In this document: positions 12,865-23,769 of the stretch, in pieces
How positions within the stretch are numbered: the first letter of the stretch is position 1
Layout of the letters: every line of letters begins with the position of its first letter
Source: Lingula anatina
Taxonomy: Eukaryota; Animalia; Brachiopoda
Length of the DNA stretch: 64,000 nt
Reading direction: 5' to 3'
Assembly: GCA_051362555.1 (NCBI GenBank)
Contig: CM120647.1
Coordinates: forward strand, 11,446,651-11,510,650
Program-made: the position numbers and the translations under genes
The notes under the pieces: model-generated
Databases searched by the model: none
Seen by the model: the letters and a program-made list of their open reading frames with translations, nothing else
Told to the model about the DNA's origin: nothing

Positions 12865-13458
12865 CTAGTGACAGGAACTGAACGTCAAGCCTTCGTTATG
12901 AGTACGAGATCTACCGAACGATTTTGGCGTGTTTGAGACAAATATTTCTCCAAAATATCAATTTTAGGTAATTAATAGGACAAATGTATGGGCTCTCTTA
13001 AAGTATTTGCTATATTTATGATTATTGAACTTTCAAGTTAAAAGAAATAAGTAGTTTGATATTTGCCACGCTATAAATTTTATAAAAGCAATCAAATTTT
13101 TACGAGTTAACAAATCGTCACCATTGTTTCGGTTTCGAAAAATTATAACTGCCGGAAAAAAAAGAAGTTAAAAAATTAATATAGGTTTACTTCGCCCATA
13201 TACATGTATATTTGCTTAAGCAATATGATCATGTAGGTCTACTGTATATTGCTAAATAGAACAAATACTTCACTAAATATCTGAATATTAGATATGTGTC
13301 CGCCACTTAAAACACATGCGGGCCCAGCATGATGTTCCCGATAAAGTCAAATCATTAGAAACACTTTATTCGTGAATAGATATTAATATCACAGAACACA
13401 TGGGATATTTTCTACTACACAAATATATCACACAGGTAAATATACATGTTCATATGAA

Positions 13459-14787
13459 ATGATAAGCTACTGCAAGATGGCAATGGAGTCTGTAAAGCAA
13501 CTGATGTCTGCTGCCTTCGCACGTGTCCGCAGGGGCTTAAGCTGGAGCAGCCAAGAGTGGCACCCTCGCCTCTTTGTCGTGGTTGTGTCCGTCGTAGTCG
13601 TCTCGCTGCTGTTAAAAAGACTGATACAGCCGCCGCTGATAGTACCCCTCCTCCAGCAGGACTTCCCAAACGTGGTGATCTGGAGCAGTGACTTTCACAT
13701 CTCACCTATTAAAGACTTGACAAATCTACTGAAGCCTCTTGGCGTTAAAGTGATCGACAAGAGTCTCTCGGGCGCGTGTACCAAAACATGTGCGCGTGGG
13801 CTTAGAGTGCTCAACCGAAACAATGGGATGTCAATGAGCGAGGATCTACAGAGAGAGTTCTACAAGAGCTACAAAGACGACCCCGTGATGCAGTCCGTGG
13901 ACGCTTTCGTATGTAACCATCCAGCAGCAATGTGTGAAGCTTTCATGCCGTTTAACAAGACCATCTTGGTTATAGCGTCCACGAGGTACGAGTTGGGAAG
14001 ATTTGAGCCGAAGCGCTGGAAAAAATGGAATGAGAATCTTATCAAGATTTCTAAAGACCCTCGTAATGTAGTCGCTGGTAATAATCTGTATGATCCAGAA
14101 TATTTACGTTACTTTACGGGAATTAAAACCACTGTTCTCGAGAGTTACTGTGATGTTGGTGAGACGTACACTTACTCAAATGTGACGAGGCGAGAATTCC
14201 TTTTGGCGCCGTGTCATGTTGGTCACTTTGAGGCTTCGTTTTTCGAAAGTTTTAAGAAAGCTGCGTCAAATAAGGCGACTAATGTTCAGCTGGTTAAGTT
14301 AAGAAGTCTATATAGTCGCTATACATATAGTGATCTCACCCACCATCCCGGCATTGTGTACATACCGTACCAAGTATCCGTAATGTCTCTGTTTGAACAA
14401 TACAGGATGGGCATCCCACTTTTCTTCCCGTCTTTAGATCTTCTCACAGAATGGCAGAAAAAGGACCACGTCCTCAACGAACGCACATGGGATATGATCA
14501 ATTCCGGCAAAATCCCGCAGCGTTCCCGCTTCCAAGGTGTCCTTATTGCTTCTGTTCCAGACCCCAACAACGAGGTCGACGCGGATGCCATCAAGTACTG
14601 GTTAAAATTTTCTGATTTCTATCAGTGGCCACATATTACGTATTACGATTCCATCGAGGACTTGGTGGACAAGATACAGGTGGCAGATCTGACGGACATC
14701 AGCGGGAAAATGAAGGAACATAACTTGAAAGTGAAAGACAGGCTTTTGAACCAATGGAGGGGCATTCTGTCCCGTACGGAAACTTAA
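13459..14787 (+). CDS. Uncharacterised type II membrane glycosyltransferase-like protein, paralogue 3 (442 aa, single coding exon)
   Basis: Intact ORF whose luminal domain is highly identical to 6544..7893. TM segment LFVVVVSVVVVSLLL; same conserved motifs. Confidence 0.9.
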   Translation: MISYCKMAMESVKQLMSAAFARVRRGLSWSSQEWHPRLFVVVVSVVVVSLLLKRLIQPPLIVPLLQQDFPNVVIWSSDFHISPIKDLTNLLKPLGVKVIDKSLSGACTKTCARGLRVLNRNNGMSMSEDLQREFYKSYKDDPVMQSVDAFVCNHPAAMCEAFMPFNKTILVIASTRYELGRFEPKRWKKWNENLIKISKDPRNVVAGNNLYDPEYLRYFTGIKTTVLESYCDVGETYTYSNVTRREFLLAPCHVGHFEASFFESFKKAASNKATNVQLVKLRSLYSRYTYSDLTHHPGIVYIPYQVSVMSLFEQYRMGIPLFFPSLDLLTEWQKKDHVLNERTWDMINSGKIPQRSRFQGVLIASVPDPNNEVDADAIKYWLKFSDFYQWPHITYYDSIEDLVDKIQVADLTDISGKMKEHNLKVKDRLLNQWRGILSRTET

Positions 14788-15864
14788 GCTGAAGTGTAAA
14801 TGAAGCCAACCAAATGGCCATAACATTGTCACCACAGATTTCCTTTCCCTCTCCCAGAAATAATAGGCACATTTTCTGCCAGACACCCTGTAACTTTAAG
14901 CCAGATGGAAGCAATTAAGCCTGCACGCGAACAGATTGCATTGTACCCGCTTTGTAGGGAGCTACAAAAATTCCTCAGTTAGCTTCAATCTGAAGTAACA
15001 AGCTATTCATAAGGGGTTATTTTTATCTTTTACAAAAGAGCAAATGTTTAAATTCAGAGCAATTAACTGTCTTGGTTGCTGTCGGAGTGACTGAGCAGTA
15101 CAGAGCCAAGTGGCCATTCCTGAGTAGGTATGCAAACAATTACCAGCCATGTAATCAACTTATAGATTTCACCACAGGGCCACAGTTAGAAGATTGACCA
15201 TATTTAGCCAGATGCCTTATCTGTAAATATCTAGTGGACAATCAACCTGTGGTCCTGGTACAGGGTGGATTTCTTATGACTGTATATTGATACCATGCAA
15301 AACATGTGAAAATATTGTATTATTTATTCATCAAAAACGTGCTGCTGTGAAACACTCGCATTACTAAAATTTTTGGTAATCCTCTCGTGGCGGTTGAAGA
15401 CCTACGTTTGGCTCTCATGCAGCAGAAATGTCTTCTGAGAGCACTAAAGAGGCGATTGAACGGGTTAACAGGTGCAGCAAACTGGATAAAACCAGTTATG
15501 TGGGGGCATACCATCACATGTTGATGTTAACAGTAACTCTATGTATTTTTGAGTATCCTAGTAATAAAAAATCGCTTGTTTGAATTTGCATTGATATATA
15601 ATCCAAGCACAGTTGACTATATATATTGGGGAGTTTAACAAGAGCAGTACTCTTTTTATTATTCATATGTCTGCCTTTGACTGGAGTGGTATGAAAATTT
15701 ATGTATGAAGCCTGGAGTTAGTATGTAAATACATCTAAATGGAACAATGTACGTATAGTCCCCGCCTGACACCGGGATCCGTTCATCTCTGCCTTTATGT
15801 TGAGCAGCTCACCTCGTAAAACTGTTCTGTTTGTCCTCTGTTGCACCTTGGAGTAATCATTTTC

Positions 15865-16110
15865 AACTAGAAAAGCACTCCGAGAGCGCAGACCTCCGCC
15901 AAGGCAGCGGTTTTTGATTATTATTGATTATTGATTGATTATTGATCCGGGTCACCACCAAAAAACTAATCATCTGTTCCTTGGCCCACTTCTGATAGTT
16001 CATGAAAATTTCTTCAAAATCGGTCCATAACGTTCTGAGTTATGTTGATGACAGACAAATTAACAAACAGACAAACAGGGGTGAAAACATAACCTCCTTG
16101 GCGGAGGTAA
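15865..16110. mobile_element. Non-autonomous Helentron-associated (HINE/DINE-like) element
   Basis: Begins AACTAGAAAAGCACTCCGAGAGCGCAGACCTCCGCCAAGG. The subterminal IR ACCTCCGCCAAGG (15892) pairs with CCTTGGCGGAGGT (16096), and there is a terminal hairpin ACCTCC-TTGGC-GGAGGT. Internal (ATTG)n and (ACAA/ACAG)n microsatellites. This layout is typical of HINEs. Confidence 0.75.
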
Positions 16111-16629
16111 TTGTTGACCTTTTGCATCGGTTGGCATACCAGTTTGATAACGCTTTTTTAATTAAAGCTATGCAGCAGTGCTAGTGCTTACGCCCGCCAT
16201 TTGTTAATAGTATAAGATTTTTTTCTTATGTGATATGACCTTTATATTCCGTTCTTCACAATATGCACATATGTTGCTCTAACACTTACACCCTGCAACG
16301 TCAAAGCTCGTTGGATCTCGCGTTCTTGCACAAAATATCCAAGTGTTGCAATTGGTGGTGACCAACAAGAGATTTGTTTTTAAGAGATATAGATATTAGG
16401 ATGAATAATCGAAGGAGTACATTCTGGGCCTTCATTTTTAATATTACCAGTATGTTATACTGTGCAATTAAATGTTATATTTTACACATATATACATATA
16501 TGCGATTTACAAATAACAAATAAATAACAAATGCATTTATATCTGACTACGATGTAAGCTAAATTTCCGTCTTTCGAGAGGAAAAAAATTGTTTTTAATA
16601 TGTTTATCCTCGTTTTCAGCTCTAGTAGG

Positions 16630-17961
16630 ATGATCCAACCAGTGCGTGTGATCCGGCATCAAATCCGTCCTGTCAGGATCCGGTGCTTTCTGCAGTTCCT
16701 TCTATTCCAAGCGATCATACTGCTGCTCTTGTTGCGACATCAACTATTGGACCATGATCGCCATAAACGCAACAGAAATGCACCTCTGCGCAAGGCGGGC
16801 TCTTCTCACGAGATCGAGACCTCTTCGCGATCTGGATTATTGACCTTTGAACCGCCTAAAGTGCCGCCCCCTGGTAGCAAATTCTCACTGTGGGATCCCG
16901 AATGGTATCACCTCCATCATTACGGTGATCTCATCCTGAACGAAAACTTCTGTGAGACTGGCAACGACACCAACGTTTTCCTCCTCGTCGTGGTCATGAC
17001 GGACCCTCGTCAAGTCATTTCTCGGGCTTTCTTTCGTTCAACTTTCGGCAGCGTCAGAGAACACGACGGAAAAATTGTTCGCATTTTGTACGTTGTTGGA
17101 AAAACCGACGATTCTGAGATTGAGCGCGCTGTTGCAGAGGAGAGCGAGCTATACAAGGATATTGTCAAGTTTGATATGTGGGATTCCTACGAGAATTACA
17201 CTCTCAAGTCCCTCCTGGCCTACAGATGGGCTCTGAAATACTGCCACCACTCTAAGACGTATATGAAAGTTGGCCATGACGTCATGGTGAATTTCCGACG
17301 AGTAGTTCAGTTCCTGGAGCTGATGACGTCATCAATGACGTATTTCATCACTGGCGTGGTGAGGGAGCCGGGAGCCATCGTTAAATACAGAGCCTGGCCG
17401 CTGTCCACCTTCCCAAATTACGTCCTCGGACACAGCTGTGTTCAGACAATGGACACTGTGGAGCCTTTGTATCGGGAAGCCCTCCGCCACCCTCTCTTCA
17501 TGGAGGACATGTTCGTCTCGTACATTCTCGACATCGTGAAGGTGAGATTCATTGATAACCCTTATTTCTGGCCTTGTCCATCGCAAACAGTGATGGCCGA
17601 CGCGTGCACTCTGAACGCCATTTTTAGCATCCATACCCAGCACTACCACGGGGCGGCGGACTGGTCGCTGGATCAGAAGTACGACTATTGGAAGAAAATA
17701 AAGCGCGGTCCGCACGTCCTCGCCCACGTGTGTCCTAAAAATAGACCTCGGTCACGTGACTTCCAGACTAAATGCGCATATACAGAAACACGGAACAAAC
17801 AAAGGGATTATCACGTGAGGGTCCACGGGGTACTCGGACGTGGAGGGGGCACGTATAAATTGGTCCCTAAAATTAAAAGGCGAGCGTGGCGTATGCATAA
17901 AGTGAGGGAAGTACAACGTGACTACCCTGGTATAGACCAGGACACGCTGCATATTGTGTAA
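16630..17961 (+). CDS. Beta-1,3-galactosyltransferase-like protein (CAZy GT31 / Galactosyl_T family), single coding exon
   Basis: Type II TM segment (FLQFLLFQAIILLLLL) and GT31 motifs FLLVVVMTDP..R..R.TFG, ILYVVG, EESELYKDIV..D..DSYENYTLKS, YMKVGHDVMVN, FPNYVLG and EDMFV. ATG 16630 follows the acceptor TTTTCAG (16619), so the ORF-track start at 16600 is probably intronic. Confidence 0.88.
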   Translation: MIQPVRVIRHQIRPVRIRCFLQFLLFQAIILLLLLRHQLLDHDRHKRNRNAPLRKAGSSHEIETSSRSGLLTFEPPKVPPPGSKFSLWDPEWYHLHHYGDLILNENFCETGNDTNVFLLVVVMTDPRQVISRAFFRSTFGSVREHDGKIVRILYVVGKTDDSEIERAVAEESELYKDIVKFDMWDSYENYTLKSLLAYRWALKYCHHSKTYMKVGHDVMVNFRRVVQFLELMTSSMTYFITGVVREPGAIVKYRAWPLSTFPNYVLGHSCVQTMDTVEPLYREALRHPLFMEDMFVSYILDIVKVRFIDNPYFWPCPSQTVMADACTLNAIFSIHTQHYHGAADWSLDQKYDYWKKIKRGPHVLAHVCPKNRPRSRDFQTKCAYTETRNKQRDYHVRVHGVLGRGGGTYKLVPKIKRRAWRMHKVREVQRDYPGIDQDTLHIV

Positions 17962-20759
17962 AACTCAGGTAATTTCATAAAAAAATGAAGTTCCTAGGCG
18001 GTACATGTGCAGTGACGTTGGTATGACGTTGAAATCACGCTGGGGCGTTGAGCAACCTAAATTCAACGTCCAATTATCGTTGATCCCGCTATTTAGTCAG
18101 AAGGAGACGTTGATTCATTGTTGTATTGTGGTCACAGTGATTTCTAAGGTAAAAATGGAAGACAACTTTCGGTTTTGCTGATTATTGTGAATTTCATAGA
18201 TGGTACATGTTAAAATCTAAGTATAATTCGATTAAAATTCAGTTGTCATGTGATGTCGATCCAACTTTTACATAAAACTTTATTCCAACGTCTTGTCAAG
18301 CGCAGAAGAACAGAAAAATAATATTTTATAACACCACGCACAAAAGAGATCTCATAACGCCCTTCAACTCCCAAAAACAGTGTAACCAGCAAAATGACAC
18401 AAAACCAAACAATATTTCCCTCCAGGGTCCATTTTGCCCCTGTCCGTACTATGCAATTAAAAAGAGTAAATACTATGTTTAAACTCATCACTTCAACACT
18501 GAGAAATTAGATCCGTCCCGGCTAAACGACCCTCGAATAAAATCAATTACCCTAAGCGTGTTCCGAATAGTTCACATTTGCCATACACTAACAATATCGT
18601 CATGAACCTGTAGTTCTCCTGTCCCGGGTTCTTGTGCAATACAATACATGAAAACTGTAGCTATTTCGAGTCAATTATGGTCCTTGTTCTACGAAATAAG
18701 ACACTCTTCGTGAAGTAGCAATCGTGTCTCCTGGTTTAAGCTCTTGAAGCCAATCAAGTACAACAAAAATAACGGGCAAGTTTTTGCACTGCTTTACATT
18801 GTTTGCTCACGTTTTATTTGGGTAAACAACTGAAAAGAAATTACTTTGGCTTTTATAGAGTGACAGAAAAATGTAGCGACTATAGCTATGTGGTAGACGA
18901 ATGCTTAACTTTTTTTTATTTATAATTTATTTATTTTTGTATGTTATGATAATTTGGTATGATACCACTATTAAATGGGTGTAAGGTAAAAACATTGGCT
19001 GGGATAAGGCCTACACTAAATACAAGCAGGGCTTTTTTTTCGCACCTGATGATCTGACAGAAAATAAAGACAAAACTAAAATTGACTTAATGGTATTTTT
19101 TTTTGTTCCTGTTGTTGATTTTGGTGATTCTAAGTACATCTCTCCATCTCTCTCTCTCTCTCTCTCCCTCTCGAACACCGTTTATCCTAGATTTGGAAAA
19201 AATCTACAAAATTTTATTAACGGTTTGAAGTGAATTTTCAAATCAAAATTTAACTTAATTCAGTGTCAACGGGAGCTGCACACGAGGTATTTCCTCACGT
19301 GTCATGTGCAGACATTCCTGCCCCACTGTAGCACGTCCTCTGCTCTCAGCCTGTCAATGAACAGCACCAAGGTTACAAAGGAGAGGATAATGTGTTTAAA
19401 TGGAAATTCAAAGCGTCACACTAATCCCCACGGTCAACACTTCACGGACGACAAGAGCACGTAAAACCCCATCTCGACATGAAGCGCCGTAATCCGGCTG
19501 TCCGTCATTTTTAGAGATAATTGTATTTTTAATACGTTGAGTTTTTACGCACACTTACCTCAGGGATAGGACGAAGAAAATAACGTTAATTTTTTAATAT
19601 ATATCTTAGACCCCATTCCCATAGACGCTTTAAACGGGTATTAAATTTAATCCAAATATAACGCATGTGTATAATTTCATCTTCATTTTCAATTTTTTTT
19701 CATAGGTTACTAAGGCCCCATTCCCATTCACATCATCTGTCTACGTGGATCTCGTGGACTGTCGCTGACTGCAATCAGCTTAACCTAATGCCACATCTCC
19801 TCTTGTTTCCAACATAACTCGTTTAATCACCAGTTTTTCTGTATTCTACTTAACGTCACGTGATCACTTTTTGCTGTTGACTTGATTGTAAAATTGTTTG
19901 TCCTTGTCTAGCGGTACGTTTAGGAAACTCTCTTACGAAATGTGGTTATGAAATTGTCAAGCTCTCAAAACGTACCGGTACAGTTTAGCAGTTAAAGTAT
20001 ATCGCACCATGTAAAATGGGCCTTAGCACATTGAGGCAAACATTTCAACTGGAGAAAAGGGCAAGGAAAAAACCCAATACAACTACTAGAATCTAGTAAT
20101 CTTTAATCATAATCGATTGATCTATCAGAGGTCTTTGAGGAACTAGTTCAGCTCCAAGCTAGGAGCGTGATTTGGACTGGTGTAAAGACGTGATAGAGCC
20201 AACCTTACATATGTAGTTTACATTTAGTGAAAATGTCGCTCGAGAAATATAATTCATCCACAAAGAATGGTGAAAATAATGATTTCCATTTATCATAAGA
20301 ATTAGTTTGTGCGTAACGTCGATGTGACAATGGCATGAGTTAGTTAGAAGGGGTCCAAAACTAGCGTAAAAGTATTTAATATAAGAAGGAGATGAAATAA
20401 AATAATTAAACATAGCATACGATTTACATCCATAAGCTATCGAAAACGAACTTGTTTTTTTATTATTTTTATTGTTTTCTTTTAAATTCGTTTTAACTGT
20501 TTATTTCAAGTGATGGCATCTAACTCCATTTTTATACTATATTTTCTACATGTATATGCATTCAAAATATGTTGCATATAATTCAAAAAGAGTACACTTA
20601 ATCCTTCATATCATACGATATGATACAATGCTATTCACATTAATGGTTACAAATACAGTGTATTTCAGTGATATTGCAGTTCGGACGGAAACTATCACGG
20701 AATATTGCAGTAAGCACATTGAGTCGCGGTGTTTTCGGAGATCCTTGCGGAGAGTTTAA

Positions 20760-21016
20760 GGCTTCGTTCACATGCAATGTCTATTTTCTAATTTCTATTT
20801 TCTATTTGGGCTATCTTATGATCACGGTCTGTGCCTTGAATATCCCGCCGCGTAATTACTGGCAGCGCGAGCCAGTTACTTATAGTAACTTGTAGTAACT
20901 GGCTCGCGCTGCCAGTAATTACGCCGCGGGATATTCAGGCCACATACCGTGATCATAAGACATACCGCAAATAGAAAATAGAATTTAGAAAATAGACATT
21001 GCATGTGAACGAAGCC
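20760..21016. mobile_element. 257-bp near-perfect palindromic (foldback) MITE, PIF/Harbinger-like
   Basis: The arm GGCTTCGTTCACATGCAATGTCTATTTTCTAA...GCGCGAGCCAGTTACT and its reverse complement ending ...CATTGCATGTGAACGAAGCC surround a short spacer. Flanks are TAA and TGA. Confidence 0.88.
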
Positions 21017-23092
21017 TGAGGGGCGTCTCTCCCCTCTCCCTCTCCCCCGGGCCCTGCACCGCCTCGTCAGTCAATCACCTCGTTGACAATGGCGGGGTTC
21101 AAGTACAGCGGCGAACAAACAAACAGAGAGATGTGCTTGAGAATTTGTAATCTTGTTGCACTGTCAACACCAGACAAAATCCACACTGTGACACCTTGTA
21201 TCCAGCATCACGGGCACCTGTCAGTCAGTCAGGCGGCCAGAGACATGCATAACGCAATGTTTCAGAAGAGAAGGGAGAAGTTACCATTGCAGCAGCCGCT
21301 ATCCAGAGTCACGGGCACTGTGTGAGTGTTTTAAGTGCCCGGACCTCTGGATAAGGCAGACTTTCAGTGCAGAAGAGACAGGTACACATTGTTCCACTGA
21401 GAGTGAATCATAACAATGCTTTGTGTACATAACAGGTGACAAACAACACCTTTCCATTCACAGCACACATTTCCACACTGGTGGGGCCGTAATGAAAACC
21501 CACCGTGCCCCGAACATGGATAAATCAGACACAGACTTCCGAGAGCTGACTGTCCTCTCTCTCTCTCTCTTTCTCCCTCTCTACTCACGGGCTCACTTCT
21601 GATCGACCCTAGAAACAGGATTAAAAAGTCGTCAGATGCACCGGGCAAGGGGGACCGTGAACACGCCGGTGTCGACGCCTCTTCGTGGCGTATAGGTTCA
21701 ACTGAGAATATCACACTCTCAGCAGACGTGGAATCTTGACTTACCCACGCTCTGGCCAAGCCTGAAGTGACACTGTGACGCCTCTGGCGATACCTGCTGG
21801 CGTTAAGTCATACTGGCGGTGACTAGACCCTATAATACAGGCGATCCAGCATTCCAACTTCGAACTGAGCGCTGGAAAGGGATTGTCTCGTAAAATACGC
21901 CTGGAAGTGGAAGATACGGATCCCCTGTCGTCCAGAGACTTTAATGGCACCGTGATTCACACGCAGGTGAAAGTGGGGGTGAACATTTGGCGTGGCTTAT
22001 TACAGTAATGATCTCCATATATGCACAGCTGTGACACAGGATATAGTTGTTTCAAACAGTCGTAACTCGCCGCCGTGATCGGCATTGGGCGACCAGTGCC
22101 CGTCTGATATAGAATTTTTTAAATTCATTTTTATCAATAGGAACAACAGCCCCTATAACCAGCACTATACTGTGATTAAAGGGAGTGTGGACGAGTGACT
22201 GGTAACATCGTTGTTAATGTTGTTACAAATTCTGAAGTGTATTTCAAGCCCCCCCCCCCCCCAACCCCATCCCCTCTCTCGTGATTAGGAGTTGATACCC
22301 AAGGTGCTGAGAATTCAACGCAGGTCTTATTTAAGTAGAAGTGAAGTTTTACGACATTTAAGGACTTGGAAAAGGGATATTTACCAAAGCTGTTGATCTT
22401 CTCTCCGTGCTGTTTCAAGGTAAGTCAGAATACATTTGATAATTTTTTACAACTTTGAAATTTGTACATTTGGGGTAGTTTTATATGTATCTTTCGTTTT
22501 TTATATTCCTTTCTTCAGGATTAAAGTTTAATAAAACCATTAACACACGTTTGACCTCACTCTCTCTCTTTCTCTATGATTCTCTCTCTTTTAATTTTTT
22601 GTCTTCTCATTTTATTTTTATCTTTGCAACAATTTTTAAATGCATAACAATTTAATACATAACGACAGGTGCATGCGATTGATATCAGCATCTCTGGTGC
22701 TAGCTTCAAGTACAGCAAGGGCAAATAGACTTCTTATTCTGTAGAAAACTTCAGACCCTGTATAACAATACCATGTCCTATAACTTCACATTCTGGCACT
22801 TGGACATGGCGATTAGATTACCGTGTAAATAACGCTTTGTAATTAAAGGCGATGGAATATAATTAACCGTTCCACTGCCAAATGAAAGAAAAATGATTAA
22901 CCTATGCACAATTTCCTCTCTAAATCCATTAGACAGTAGAATGGGAACTTTAAGAAGCTGATTGTCGGAAAAGCAGAGAGTTAGTGATGAAATAACAAGT
23001 TTTGTTTCCTGTCTTCGTAATCCGTGTGTAAATGTTTGAAAGGCTGGACAATGATAATGTTTGTTGTAAAAACTGACCGCTAACCGCAGGGC

Positions 23093-23112
23093 AGGTCAAA
23101 GGTCAAAGGTCA
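23093..23112 (+). promoter_or_regulatory. Triple tandem nuclear-receptor half-site (DR1 x2): AGGTCA-A-AGGTCA-A-AGGTCA
   Basis: Perfect consensus DR1 geometry (RXR/COUP-TF/HNF4 class). Function is unproven. Confidence 0.4.
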
Positions 23113-23733
23113 AAATCGGGTCTTCAGGCCGACAACGCTGTCGTGTATTATCGTAAATCTCCGGCGTCGTTGAGATCGTGTCTGTTGCCAAGGGTTTTTT
23201 ATTTATTTTATTATTTTTTTTTTTGCAACTCTCAAACCTCTCTTCCAGTGCGTGTGCGCCAGTGACTGTCCCAATTAAGATGTTTATAAGTGCAATTTTT
23301 TAAAGTCGCTCATTGCGCTTATTTTGTCGTAAAATTTTGCTTTAGTGAATTTTTAGGGCTATGCTACTTTCGTTCAACTAACAACATTTCCCCAGGCCTG
23401 ACAAAATTATCGACAATTTTCATACAATACATCTTTTGTGATCAGTTATAACAATCAGCCAGTGATGTGCATCAGTATTTCATTCATTGAACACAAATAG
23501 GACCTGGTATCAGTTAGGAAACGTGTTCATTTGTGTGAAATGGAACAGTTTGTGGGAAGGCCAGTATTTGCGCTGACGTAGACCATGGCGTCATGTTAGC
23601 CCTCAGACAACGCATCCTTGTCTTCCTTGGACGTTATTAGCACGATAGCTTTAGAGTTACTTTTCTTTTAAAAAATTAACCATGCATAGGCCACCATTTT
23701 CGGTTATGTGGATCTCGTGGGATGACGTTATTA

Positions 23734-23769
<36 letters not shown>

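Noticed and set aside
16600-16629. ORF-track N-terminus MFILVFSSSR of the GT31 gene
   Set aside because: It overlaps a polypyrimidine tract and TTTTCAG acceptor. ATG 16630 is the more likely start.
13415-17952. Antisense ORFs at 13415, 14319, 14602, 17332 and 17752 (and 530..715 on +)
   Set aside because: They are shadows of the real CDSs on the opposite strand, with no independent coding signal.
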